A DNA stretch of 64,000 nucleotides. Source: Takakia lepidozioides. Lineage: Eukaryota; Plantae; Bryophyta. Position 1 is the stretch's first letter; each line of letters starts with the position of its first letter. Position numbers and translations under genes: made by a program. The stretch covers positions 64,480,001-64,544,000 of the forward strand of contig CM060731.1 in the NCBI GenBank assembly GCA_030704615.1, read 5' to 3'. Below the pieces are notes generated by a model. It was not told the origin of the DNA, did no database searches, and was given only the letters and a program-made list of their open reading frames with translations. This document shows, piece after piece, positions 39,231 to 50,941 of the stretch.

Positions 39231-41329
39231 GCATCCCAGTTTCAGTTTCAGGAGAACTCAACGCCCAGAAAACATGAACACAAGTAGGGGTAGAACTCAC
39301 CTGCGCAGCGGTTTTGTGCCGTTTTGCGCACCTTTTGGAGAGACTCTGCAGATGGAGGTGCAATTTCCGCCGAACTGTCCTCCACCTCATCGTCGTCGCC
39401 CATGCTATACTCGCTTGTGTCAAAATCCGAACTCGAAGACCGCCACCGCTCTGCCTTCCCTCTCGCACCGACGCCATCTGTACCGGATTCAGTCGAGCCA
39501 GGCGGGGGCTCCTTCGCACCGCGGGGCTGGAATGTGCAGAAGTGGGAGGAGGTGATGCTGCCTCGGCGGTCGAGCGTTTTCTTACTAGGCGTGGACATAG
39601 ACCATGACAAAGATGAAGACGAGCGAGGACATAGACCATGACCAAGACAAAGACGAGCGAGAGACCAAGACATGCAAAGGAGGAAAGAAGGACAAGGAGG
39701 GGAGTGTGATCACACACCCCCCCGATCTGTAGTGAAGATCCGGCCGTTGTTGATTTCAAATATGAACACGTGTCGTGCATCGACACTATGGCCTTTTCGA
39801 CTTTGAGACGTTAAACCCTAAACCACTTACAATCCTCCAGACAACTAGATGTAGTGATTCACACAACTGACATGGATCCGTTAACTTTTTTTCGTTCAAA
39901 ATTAGGCGAAGGAAACACACTGCAATGATGCCGTGTATGGCTCCGCTTTACATGCATTCTTGGAGAAAATGCGCATGATGTGTGAGAAGTGAACACAGTG
40001 CTCTGCCAAATGATTCAGCAAAAACAAACTCAACTGTAGTGGTTCTCCCATCGCAGAGAAGGGTCCATTCGACACCCATCGCACCATGCCAGGTTGAGGT
40101 CCTCACACACACACCTACACACCGAGAATTTGCGAACCCACATCAGTTGGAGAACATGGAAATTACCCCGTGGATCACATGCAAGCATGAATGAGAAATG
40201 GTTTATGTTACATGGGAGATTTTTTGTACCGCGACATGCAACTCTGTCTACATACTCATAAGTCGTTGTCCCAAGACCCAATGGACAGGGGAGGCCGTGA
40301 GTCTGTACCACAAATGGTAATCATACAGCAGAGGGTACTGCTGCCCAACGTGCAAAAGCCGCCGGCTGCAGGATGCTAGGCATGCGAACTCGGCACAACA
40401 CGCCTCCTCTGCACCCCACTCCGTCCCAACCAGTGCAAAACACCGTGCATGCATTGACTGCCGTCTGGCTTTCTCTCCAGGCATTTGGGGGTCTGCATCT
40501 GCTACACGTAAGTGTCTTTGAATGCGACGATCAAAGATCCGGTCACTTGCAGTTGCCCGTCTCAAGGGCAGCATTGCAAGAATCAGAATTAAGTAAGAAA
40601 GATGGTGAAGAAGTTGCAACAGCAAATGAGTGAAGTGGCAGGGCGATGCTCCATTTTTACATGCTCCCTTCCCGCCATGGTGATAGAGCCACACATGGAC
40701 TCCCTTCCCGCCACGGTGCAATTTCACGGCAACGGACGGGATTGTCCGCCGAAACGTGATTTGGAGATGGCCTAAGACAAGTGGCGCAGGTTCTGGCCTT
40801 GTAGTCAGGTTGGTACACTTCAATGCACACTTTCATACACATTCAACCATATGCCCAGATCACAACGTCCTCAAATCGTGAAAATTGAAATTCCACGTAC
40901 TCCTTCCGATTCCCTCACACACACACGAACTGTAGAGACAGGGGTTTTCCAGGATGTCGTTGTTTGAGTCGATTTTGGTCATTTCTCTCAGTGTCTTGTT
41001 GAAAAGATTCTAGTATGATGGGAGCATCGGGATGGCTTTAAAATGGTTTGCTGTTGAGTGTAACTTTTCATCATGTTGTGGAATCTACCGGTTGGTATAA
41101 AATGTCAACTGTCTTCTGCCAAGGATGTGCGGCTGAACCTTTCAAATTGAGATTGCAGGAGGAGGGAATTGACGGTAGTGAAATGGGAGTGGCAGAGCCA
41201 AATTGAGGAATCTCTGCAAAGGAGAATCCGGCCCCCTACAACGGCATGCACAAACAGCATTGAAGAGGCTCCCCAACAAAAATGAGTTCCCCTCGCCCAT
41301 GCGGAGGACTTCCAATTAATCACCCCTGT

Positions 41330-44300
41330 AGACAAATACCCGAGATGACAGGTTGTGGGAAAGAGAAGTGGCACGTGCCCGAGCCCTTGGGCTTTCAAGG
41401 ATGCCATGCCCCTGTGAACGTTTTTGGGCACTACAAGTAGATTTGAGACGGTGTGCGCCACACATCTCCTTCACCACAAAAGACATGAAGCATTTTGGGT
41501 GTGGATTGGAGATGGACCTGCAGACGAAGACGATGAGGAGTGGGCACAATTGGACAATGCACACCCCCGAGGGAGCCATACAGACAGGCCAGACGAGGAC
41601 TATGTCATGGGCGCAGGACATGAACCAGGCATGGACGGAGGGGTGGAGATTACTCGAATGTTGCAGGAAGCATTCCACATCATGGACGATGCTGAAGAGG
41701 GGGACGGCGCTGCGACAACTGGGGATGGTGATGACGCAGGAAATGAAGGCATTCACGTGGGGGAAGGCGTGGAAGGAGGTGGAGATGGAGAATTGAATTC
41801 TGCACACATGACACTAGAAGAAGCATGTGTGCCACTGTACGAGGGATGCAAATCCACAAAGCTTGCTGCCACCATGCTGTTGATGAACCTGTGCACAACC
41901 CACGGTGTCTCAGACCATTTTGTGGACGAGTTGTTCTCTTTGCTTCGGCTGAACTTGCTTCCACAACCAAATGAAATGCCAAAAAGCTGTCACATGGCCA
42001 ACCAAATGATTGGGAAGCTCGGCCTCAACTACGTGAAAATACATGCATGTCCAAAAGTCAGAAGAGAGTACAAGGATGCTATGGAGTGCCCCAAATGCGG
42101 TGCAGCCCGATACCATGATGTGGGCAGGTTACAACAAGCAGCCAAGGTGTTGAGGCACTTTCCCCTTATCCCCCGTCTATTACGAATGTACAAATGCAAG
42201 ACCATTAGTGAGCTCATGACTTGGCATTCCAGGAATGCCTCAAACGATGGTTTGGTAAGGCATGTCCCAGATTCCCTTGCATGGAAGCATATAGATACAA
42301 CTTGGCCCGATTTCGCCGAGGACCCACGCAATGTGCGATTGGCTGTATCTACGGATGGAGTAAACCCATACGGATCAAAGAGTTGCACATGGTCCACATG
42401 GCCCGTGCAGTTGGTGGCATACAACCTGCCACCATGGTTGACAACAAAGAAATTTTTTGTCATGTTGTCTCTCTTGATTCCAGGCAAGGAGTCTGTGCAA
42501 CCATTGATTGAAGAGCTACAGGAACTATGGATTGGAGTTGAAGCTTACGACATTTTGAAACCAGTAGGGCAACGGAGTTTCACCCTCCGTGCCATACTCA
42601 TGTGGTCAATCCACGATTTCCCCGCATATGGCCTTGTTGCGGGTTGCAAGACGAAGGGCTACAAAGGGTGCCCCATTTGTGGGCCCTATGTGGATTCACG
42701 GCACTCAAAGCCACTAGGGAAGACAATATACATGGGGCATCGACGTTACCTTGCAAGAAACCACCCCTACTGACGAGCAGGAAGGCACTTCAATGGATGT
42801 GTTGAAAAGAGAATGGCACCAAATGCTGTGACACCGGAGGAGACATTGCAATTTGCAAAGGAGAAAGAGGCGTTCATGGAGATTGGAGGGAGAGACGGAA
42901 GTAGTGCGGATCCAGCCATGGAGCATGGGGTGAAGCGCCGGACAATCCTTTGGGATTTGCCATACTGGAAGGTGCATGAATCCCCCCCCCCCCCCATTCA
43001 CTCACTTTCTTTCACATTGTGCTTCCTAGAATTACCTTTACTGTCAGGAGTCCTTCCACCAACTCCTAAGTCAGTGTAACTACTATGCAGTAGATGTTGA
43101 AGTCGTACACCTCACTGTGGAGAGGATCGTGGAGTTGTTGAAAGCAGAATGTAGTAACATGGACAACTTCTGCCACATATTCTACTTTTTTTTCCCATAG
43201 AACTTGGTGTCATGGGAGGACATTTGGCATTTCAGAACCTCTTGCAGCGATACCTCCTGGACCCCATGCATTGTGAGAAGAACTTCTGCGAGAACATTCT
43301 GAAGACTATCTTTGGGGAGAAGGATACGATAAACGTACGAAAGGACATGGAGATTGAAGGGATATGGTCACATCTGTGGCTAAGGCCTGATCCATTTAGA
43401 CCAGGCAAAGTGCTCATGCCAGCAGCATCATACGTCCTGACCAAATCAGAGCAAGAGGATTTTTTGAAGACATTGGGAGCCATGAAAGTGCCAACCGGAT
43501 TCTCGGGTGCTTTTCAAAAGCATGCCATAAACAAGAAATGGTCGGGGATGAAGTCACATGATCTACACGTGATGATGCAATAGATTTTGCCAGTGTGCAT
43601 TCGGGGTACGATGGCGCCAGGTCCTCGAACAGCCATAATGCGTGTAAGTCGAGTGTTTAGGAAGATTTGTGCGAAGGTGTGGGATCCGAGGGACATTACA
43701 TCATTGCATGAGGATGTGGCTATGACCCTATGTTTGCTGGAGAAAGAATTCCCTCCATCATTCAGTGGAGTACCCCACAACAATGGAGGAGCTGCAGCCC
43801 TTTACAGTGTGGGTCAGATCTGGAATTGCAGTGTACGCATCAGAGAACGAGGACCCAGATGAGGGCATGGTGAGTCTGTCATTCCCCCCAGGGCTGATTG
43901 CCACTTCGTACCGATCAATGAAAGCATATGGCAATCACTATAGAGTGGACGATGCCAACACCAGCCTCCTGGTGACTTATGACAGCGGAGTGGCATCATT
44001 TTTTGAACAAGAGAGTAGGAGCTGTGCATGAGATCGGAATCCAATTTCATGCCATGTGCAATATGGGAGTGATCAAAGAGATCCTTAAACTAGACTATGG
44101 TCTTGTGAAGCCAATTCTATTCCGTTGTTCTTGGGTAAAAGCCAATATGGTAGGAGAGAATGCCACCATGAAACGGGATGAGTACGGGTTCCTCCTTGCT
44201 GATTTCAGAAAAATGCTACCACAAGATGAAGAGCCATTCATCTTCCCATCGCAAGTTGAGCAAGTTTTCTTTTCAGATGACACCCATGCGCCGGGATGGA

Positions 44301-44560
44301 AGGTGGTTCTTCACAAGGACCCCCGGGCCAAACGAGTCGTGGCCGACGTCCATGATCTGGACCTAGGGGAGAATGCCGACCACGAGGGTCTGAGGGAACC
44401 ACAAAATCTACCAGATACGGCGGAACCAGTCTCTTTGGAAGGAGCAGTTACCTTTAATGAGGAAGACATTCCAGGGTTGGTAATTACTGCAAGGCAAATT
44501 GCAGATGTGGGTAGTGAAGGGGAAGATTATTTGGATACAGATAGTGATTTTGTACAGTCC
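41330..44560 (+). pseudogene. CACTA TnpD-type transposase (Transposase_21 plus downstream DUF4218/DUF4216-like regions) with nonsense mutations
   Basis: KIHACP..CPKCG, DPRNVRLAVSTDGVNPY, YNLPPWL, IHDFPAYG..GYKGCPICG, LDPMHCEKN, GMKSHDLHVMMQ, LEKEFPPSF, LFRCSWV, EPFIFPSQVEQVFF. Stops at 42771 and 43581. Confidence 0.93.
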
Positions 44561-45304
44561 TGCAAGCGCGCAAGGGCGAGACAGTTAATAGTATCGATAA
44601 TGTCCCGGTATGTGGTCCGTACTGTCTTGTGAACAAACCTTTTTTTGTTTTGCCAATATTGTTTCTGACATGTGAGGAGAGGATCGTCTTCATGTACGGG
44701 AAATAGACGTGAATGTGTGCATGCATTTTCTGGCCCAGCTGCATGCTTTCCAGGAACAAAGACCAGTGGAATGGGGGGTGTCTCCAAAGGAGCAGGACCG
44801 AACGACACCTTTTTGTGCTTCCCTTGCTTATTTTCTCACCGTTGTTGCATTCTCCCATTTGCCCAACAGCAGCACTCTCGAAGCAACAGCATGACATATG
44901 TTGCAACATGGTCTTCTTCACCAGCGAATGAGCTTTTTTGCTATATGTACTGCCACGTCCACATTAACGTTGATCCCTGCAAGCACTTGGCAAGACACCC
45001 CAAAGCCGCAAATCCAGCAACCACCACAAACACATCTAATTGTTGTAGTGACACGGGAATAGCTCACTTGTAGAGGAATTGAACCTCCAGCCAAATGAAT
45101 GGCTCTGCCCCTTGTAGCACAAGTGCGATGCAAAAACAAGGTGAGTACAAAATGAAGAAGCACTTACGAGGTCCCCATCCCTCGGATGGGCTCCCACTTG
45201 TGCTCTGAAACTGTGCAAGCCTGACTAGCACCAAATTGCATGAATCTTAAGCCTGAATGTCAAATGCAGGTTTATGTCGCGATGCAGCACACCATCATCT
45301 AACC

Positions 45305-46015
45305 TGTAGTTTCCAGTTTCACTGGTGTCACAACTGCCTTCAAGTCAACATCAAAAGTAAGTCCACCTATGCGCAAATCGCAGAATGTCTCATGACACCA
45401 TCTGCCGCCGCTGGTTTGGCATGATATGATTGTAGTTCACAACCTTAATGAACGCTTTCAGCCTTGACCTCTTTGCGATCTTCTTCTGTGACTACTTCTT
45501 CATAATTTATGAAAGGGAAAAGCAGCTACACATCAAATTCTTGCAAGTACAGGGGGGTACTCAAGCCTCCTTGGGAGAAAGAGTGCCATAAACACAAACA
45601 CATCCTTAAATGTAAAAATTGGAGAAGCGAACGTCTGGTGGCAATAACTGCCTAAACTAGAATTATAGTCCATTCCAACGCACATGTAAAGGGTCGGATG
45701 ATAACTCGGAATCCCAGTTGGAGATAATGAGACGAATACATGACTATTTTGCGAGTTTCAACTTTCTTGGAGGTAGTTTCCAGTTTCTCTGGTGTCACAA
45801 CTGCCTTCAAGCTGGGTTTAGAGGAATTAAGTCCCACTCGCAAATGCAGAATGTCTCCCTCATCTGCGTGGGGAAAATGGGGTTTGGCATGATATGATTG
45901 TAGTTCACAACTTGTGAGGGCATATTCTTCAGCCTTGACGTCTTTGCGATCTTCTTATATGACGCCTTCTGCATAACTTGTGAAATGGAAAAGTAGCTAC
46001 ACATCAAATTATTGC
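45305..46015 (+). repeat. Diverged ~240-bp direct duplication inside the CACTA 3' region
   Basis: GTAGTTTCCAGTTTC.CTGGTGTCACAACTGCCTTCAAG...GGTTTGGCATGATATGATTGTAGTTCACAAC...AGCTACACATCAAATT at ~45305-45545 and ~45772-46015. Confidence 0.85.
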
Positions 46016-47419
46016 GATGCCACTCAATGGCACTATGAACGTTTCGAGCATGCTGTCAGAAAACTAGACGGGCAAAAACCCAATTCAGCAGCCTCACCTT
46101 GCGTGGATACTTGGGAATTGATGCCAGAAGGGCATGCCCGTATGCGCGCTCCATCGTGCCTCCATCCAGCACATTCTGTAAATGATGAATGACCAAGACC
46201 CCGATGTCACACCGTTCTGAGAAGCCACTACGTGTGCTCACAGTATACGAAGGCCTTGCCGTGTCAGGATTTCCATTCCCACGTCCCGCCATGTCCGACG
46301 CAGCACTTGCATCCTTGTCTCTGCCAGGTAGAGGCAACATGTATTAAAATATCTATTCCCCCAAGGCCACATTTTGTTTACCTCTTTTTGTGAAAGCCAC
46401 GTCAGCAAATGTGCTGCCGAGTCATGGGTGCAATGAATGCGCAGTGGTTCATGGAGTCGTTGAGTCGATTACATATTCACTTTAATGAATAAATATCTTT
46501 ATTCCATTAATCGAATTAGGAAAGAAAATTTGTAGTCGCATGTGCAGTAATTACAACCACTTGTAATTTTGGCTTTTTCAAATTTTATGTATTTACGCAA
46601 TTCGTAAAATAGCCCGGAATTCTGCTACGACTCCGGAGTCGTTGACCCCACTTCTGTCCGCTGTCTGAAATGCCCCCGTGGGCCCACATTGTCTGTTTCG
46701 ACTCTCCAGTAGTCCCGTTTACTACCAAGTGGTTCCCGGAGTGGTCGCGGACGAATCGGAAAAGACACGAATGCTTCTAGTGCATAGTCCGTGACTGGAT
46801 CAATGACCTCTCCATGTCACTATACCGGTAGGGCCTTCGAAAGATTGGCGTGTCACTTGCCAAATCAATACGAATCTCCTGACCCTTCAAACTCCCCAAA
46901 TCCTTCAAACCGAAGGCAAAACAATTTCTATAAGCCCTTAGAAATCGCTGGATCCTCCGTCTCTCTCCTCCGGTGACTGTAGGTCCAACATCTGGTTCCC
47001 AATTGTCCTCAGTGACTACAACCTTGGGTACACCAGGCTTGGAGGTAGGAGACGAATCCTTTGGTTGCTAGATAGCAACCTCTTGGGCCTTGTCCACCCA
47101 ATCTGACTGTGGCGTAGCCTCCACTTGCTCCGCCATAGCCATGAGAACATCCTCTGAGCAAGAAACATTCTCAACCTCTTCAAAAACATTGGCCACCTTG
47201 GCCTCTAACTGATCCTCAGTGTATGGCTATCCTCACTCCTCATATTGCTACTTGAGAGATCCAAGGACTTTCTCTTTCTGCATCTCATCCCACATCTGCC
47301 ATGAGTGTTTGCACCCCATGATCCTATGCTCGCCCCCACTCACTGCCTCCACTATTCCGGTTGGCAGAGATGGTGCAATATCCAATGGAAGTGTAGAAGT
47401 AGCCACCAATGCTTGCAAT

Positions 47420-48045
47420 CTCCATTGCTCAGCCATGCACAAGCCAATGACCCATGTCAAGCAATTGAGATCCATTGCCTAACCCAACACCTGACGCCAT
47501 GATGCCTCTGACAGAGCTGACAGAGCTGGCACAGCTGTAGTACCCGTGGCAAACCCCATTGCCCGCTCGCGCTCATCCGCATTGGGCTCCACTAATTGCT
47601 GTAGCACACTGTCTCAAATCAATCCAGGACCATTGTCTCGAAAAGCATGAGACGAGGGAAAGCTCATGAGCGTAGGCAATGCTGTACGTGGCTGTCCCAC
47701 TCGATTGACCACTGCTAGAGGTGGACGGTCATCATGTCGCACCCTCTGTGGTTGCCTCCCTTGGTCCAAAATGCCCTCAACCATGAAATTGGGTGGCCGT
47801 TGAATGGAATCATATGCTCTCTTGAGCAGCTCTGGTGGTGCAAGATTGGTCCACCACAATCGAGGTCGATGCGCGCGTGATCCCACCGCTGCTGCATCCA
47901 ATAGCACCGCCAATCTAATCCAAGACTGCACTTGATGCACACTGGCCATAACCCTGGCCCAAGAGTCCCCCATAAGAGGAACATTCTCCAAGATATAGGC
48001 TAGAGATTGCACTTGCCTCGTTTGCAAGTCACGCAACACTCTCAA
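47420..48045 (-). pseudogene. Retrotransposon-borne C5-cytosine DNA methyltransferase domain, copy B (motifs VI to X)
   Basis: YILENVPLMGD, LDAAAVGSRAHRPRLWWTNL, ERERAMGFATGTT, RQVLG*AMDLNCL. In the same reading frame as the RT N-terminus at 47070-46783. Confidence 0.88.
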
Positions 48046-50482
48046 TGTCGCGCACCTCACTTCGGTAAGCTCCCCCCTCAAGTCATAGTTACTCGCTTGA
48101 TGCGCGCGCCTAACTCCCAACCTGGCCGCGGGGCCAACTTGGAGCTCCGGCTGCTCACCGGGGCATAACGGTCCCCCTTTGATCTCCCAAAGAACCCTCC
48201 AACGATTTGGAACCAGCGGAATTCCCTTTGGTAGTTGGCAGTCCGGAACAGCTCCCCACTCTTTGGTCGCTTTCCGGCTCGCTCGCTTATTCACTAGTTT
48301 TTGGTCACCAACGGGCTTGCACCGTTCTCGGGGTTACTACTCCCTATATATACTTCTGTAGCTGTCCGCGGGGGTTTCACAAAAAACCATGCCATTTTAT
48401 GGCGAACCACCACGAACACCCTTGAGGGTTTAAACCATCGGGTTTAAGAGAACCAGCCAGATCCATGGAGGGAGGGAGAGAGAGGGAGAGAGAGGGAACC
48501 CACCAACCATCCCCTGGTATGGCAGCTCCTCATGGAGTGAGTGTGGTATGCACTCGCCCCGTAAGGGAGTGCATACCAGACCCCATCACATAAAGGACCT
48601 CCCTCTTCTTTGTAGCTTTTATTTATGGTTACAAAGGAACCATAGAAATAAAAAAAAGCCTACAATCTCAATTCTCCAAGGTCAAAAAACAAAACAAGCT
48701 GTGACAAGCGAAGGTACATGCGGCTTATGGTTTGGAATATTAGGTTTCTAACATAGCCTGCACCTACACCTGCAGGGGAGTAATCCCCTTTGTTAAAACG
48801 CAACAGGGTGGCAATTCCGACTTTTTTGCCGGATCAGCTAGCTCAAAACCGTTGTTCTTCAGAGCCCAGGCTCCCCCATCAAGGTCCCACGAAACGAGTG
48901 GATTTTAAAAAAAAATAATATTAATATATTTTTAATATATATTTTTTTCACTCTGCCTGTTCGCGGCCTTCCGTGGCTCCAACCGCCACTACTCCTCACG
49001 GCCCGCCCTAGGCACTCATTGGCCACGGGCTATCCAGTGATACCCCGTGGTACCACTCCCACGAGCCTTCACGGCCTGCCATCCCCACGATCTGGTCACC
49101 GTGCCCACTCGTTGTGTCCGCACCACGACTTCCAACGGTCACAGTCAACGGTCACGGTCAACCATCACGACCTGGGCTCGTGGTATCTCGTGATACCGCC
49201 CCAACGGCCCATCACGACCACTATTCCCTGCGTTCCCTGGAACTCCCAACGAGTTCCCATGCGTTCCCGAGGCGTTCCCGGCGTTCCCGAGCTCTTTCTG
49301 AGCTGGGGTTTGCTCCTGCACCTGCTGCCAACGAGCTATGGCTTCTGCGAAGCCACCAGACCTGCTGCCATGCTCTCTTGGGCTCTCACGACCCACCAGA
49401 GGCACCCTAAACTCAACAAACAAACATTATGCTGCCCAACAAGCTTCATTTCTTCATGAAGCCCACAAAAACAAATCTGAAAATACACACATTTACAAAC
49501 TTGGTGCACCTGCACTTCTCATGTATATCCCCTGGCTCTAGGGCGCCTCGTTGCTGCCCTTCCAGCCTCGTTCTTGCCACTCCAAAAACCCTTACACTGC
49601 TGAGTTTCAGATTGAAACTCCAACTCAACACATGCTTCACAAGTGCACTGATTGGCACACAAGAGGGACCAGCCCCCTCTCTTCATGAGCTTGGAACTAA
49701 AGCTCCCAATGGGCTGCGATGCATCCCCTCGCAGCTCCACCATTCGGCTGCTCCTCATCTACCTGCAACAACTAGTTTTGGGCAGAAATACCTGGAGCTG
49801 ATCATATCATCTCCAACCTGCAACGCGCTAGTTTCCCATGCGCAGCCCACATTTCTGCAGCTCCTTAACTCGGCCTGCAGCTGAAGAAGACAACCACCAG
49901 TTCGCCCACTCGTGGCCAACATCTCCTCCGCTTCGCACTATAAGCCCAAACTTGCTTGCCATAACGTTGAGCTATGCAACGCCGCTCTTCAACATAGGCT
50001 ACCCGCCTCTTTATCCATGGCAAACCTGCAACCTGTTCGCCTTTGCACTCTATCCGCTTTGGATAGGCTCATGCACGGCTCTTTGCACTCTAGGCTGAAC
50101 CGCTTCTCATGATCTGAAAACACAAGTGCTGCAACTAACTCAAACCTGACACTCACAGACTCGAACTGATCTTTCTCGAGTGATTAAGAAAAGGAAAGAT
50201 ACAAGCATACAAGCTCTCTCAAACTCACACACTTGCACATGAAAACATCACTCATATATTAAGTCGAGCCAAGTGCACCCCATGCCATGGGGAATCCACT
50301 AGACGCGGTGAGGCTCAACTCGAGGAAGATGAGCCCACCGCGATCTGCCGTGAAGATAACAACGCCGGGTGCCCAAACATGTATTGGCCCCTGGATTGAT
50401 ACTTGGATCAATCCCAAATGTCAATATATAAAAGCTAGCTATTTCCTAGCTAACTTCACACTAGTGGTAAAATAACTTGACA
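48046..50482. mobile_element. Unclassified LTR-like repetitive sequence truncating copy B
   Basis: Abrupt junction starting TGTC at 48046; TATATATA at ~48345, AATAAA at ~48647, ..TGACA at 48706 and 50482. No TSD or coding domain recognised. Confidence 0.35.
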
Positions 50483-50483
50483 C

Positions 50484-50941
50484 AGCGATGAATTTCGCAC
50501 TGAGAAATACTTGATAATATGGGCACAAACTAAGCAAGCGGCGGGGTTTGCTTTGATAAATCCTATCAACCAAAAATCCTACATCCAAAAAGAATGGGTG
50601 GGGGCTTGAAAAGTGACATATTCATCCTTTTAGCCACAATGTGATTGCTTATCAGGCGGAATTTCGTATTGCGAAATTATTCATGTTTTTTTCTTGGTAA
50701 GGAAGGCAAAGGACCTTAAAGTTGAGGTGAAAACTCACCGCCCACTCTCCCGCATCTTATGGAGAAAAAGCCACGCCTATAGGGTAACATGTTCAGCAGG
50801 TATATGGGCTAATTGTTCTTTATGTGTTAGTTTCGCATAATTGTTAATTTCGTCAATTTCATTTCGTTGCGGAGATTTCTCGAAAATTCGGGGAATATGC
50901 CCTTGTGTTCACATGAGTCGGCGTGAGCGTTACCCAACCTT
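50484..50941. mobile_element. Short, internally deleted relative of the 8642-11644 MULE-like element
   Basis: 50484-50550 matches ~8845-8910 and 50700-50941 matches ~11390-11644 (AGGGTAACATGTTCA, TTCGGGGAATATGCCCTTGTG). The tandem array is absent. Confidence 0.75.

Larger units (their letters stand above)
32917..46782. mobile_element. Large CACTA (En/Spm) DNA transposon, 13.9 kb
   Basis: Perfect 19-bp TIR CACTAGAAGCATTCGTGTC at 32917 and reverse complement ending at 46782. TSD CAT at 32914-32916 and 46783-46785. Subterminal GAGTCG/CGACTC motifs and an internal TnpD-type transposase. Confidence 0.96.
29279..48045 (-). mobile_element. Ty3/Gypsy LTR retrotransposon copy B (DNMT-RT-RNaseH-integrase-PHD-PPT-LTR), split by the CACTA insertion and 5'-truncated
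   Basis: DNMT 48045-47420; RT N-terminus 47070-46783, resuming at 32916 (YIDD motif); RNase H ~32060-31700; integrase His/Cys zinc finger plus DDE core 31322-30300; PHD ~30210-30075. Same order as copy A. Confidence 0.92.

Noticed and set aside
47614-48294. 226-aa ORF as a complete DNMT gene
   Set aside because: Similarity to copy C stops at 48045. The N-terminal ~83 codons run through unrelated inserted DNA, so the ORF is chimeric.
48046-48706. Solo LTR with target-site duplication
   Set aside because: The TG..CA ends are plausible but the flanks (CTCAA versus AGCGA) do not match, so it is kept only as low-confidence LTR-like DNA.
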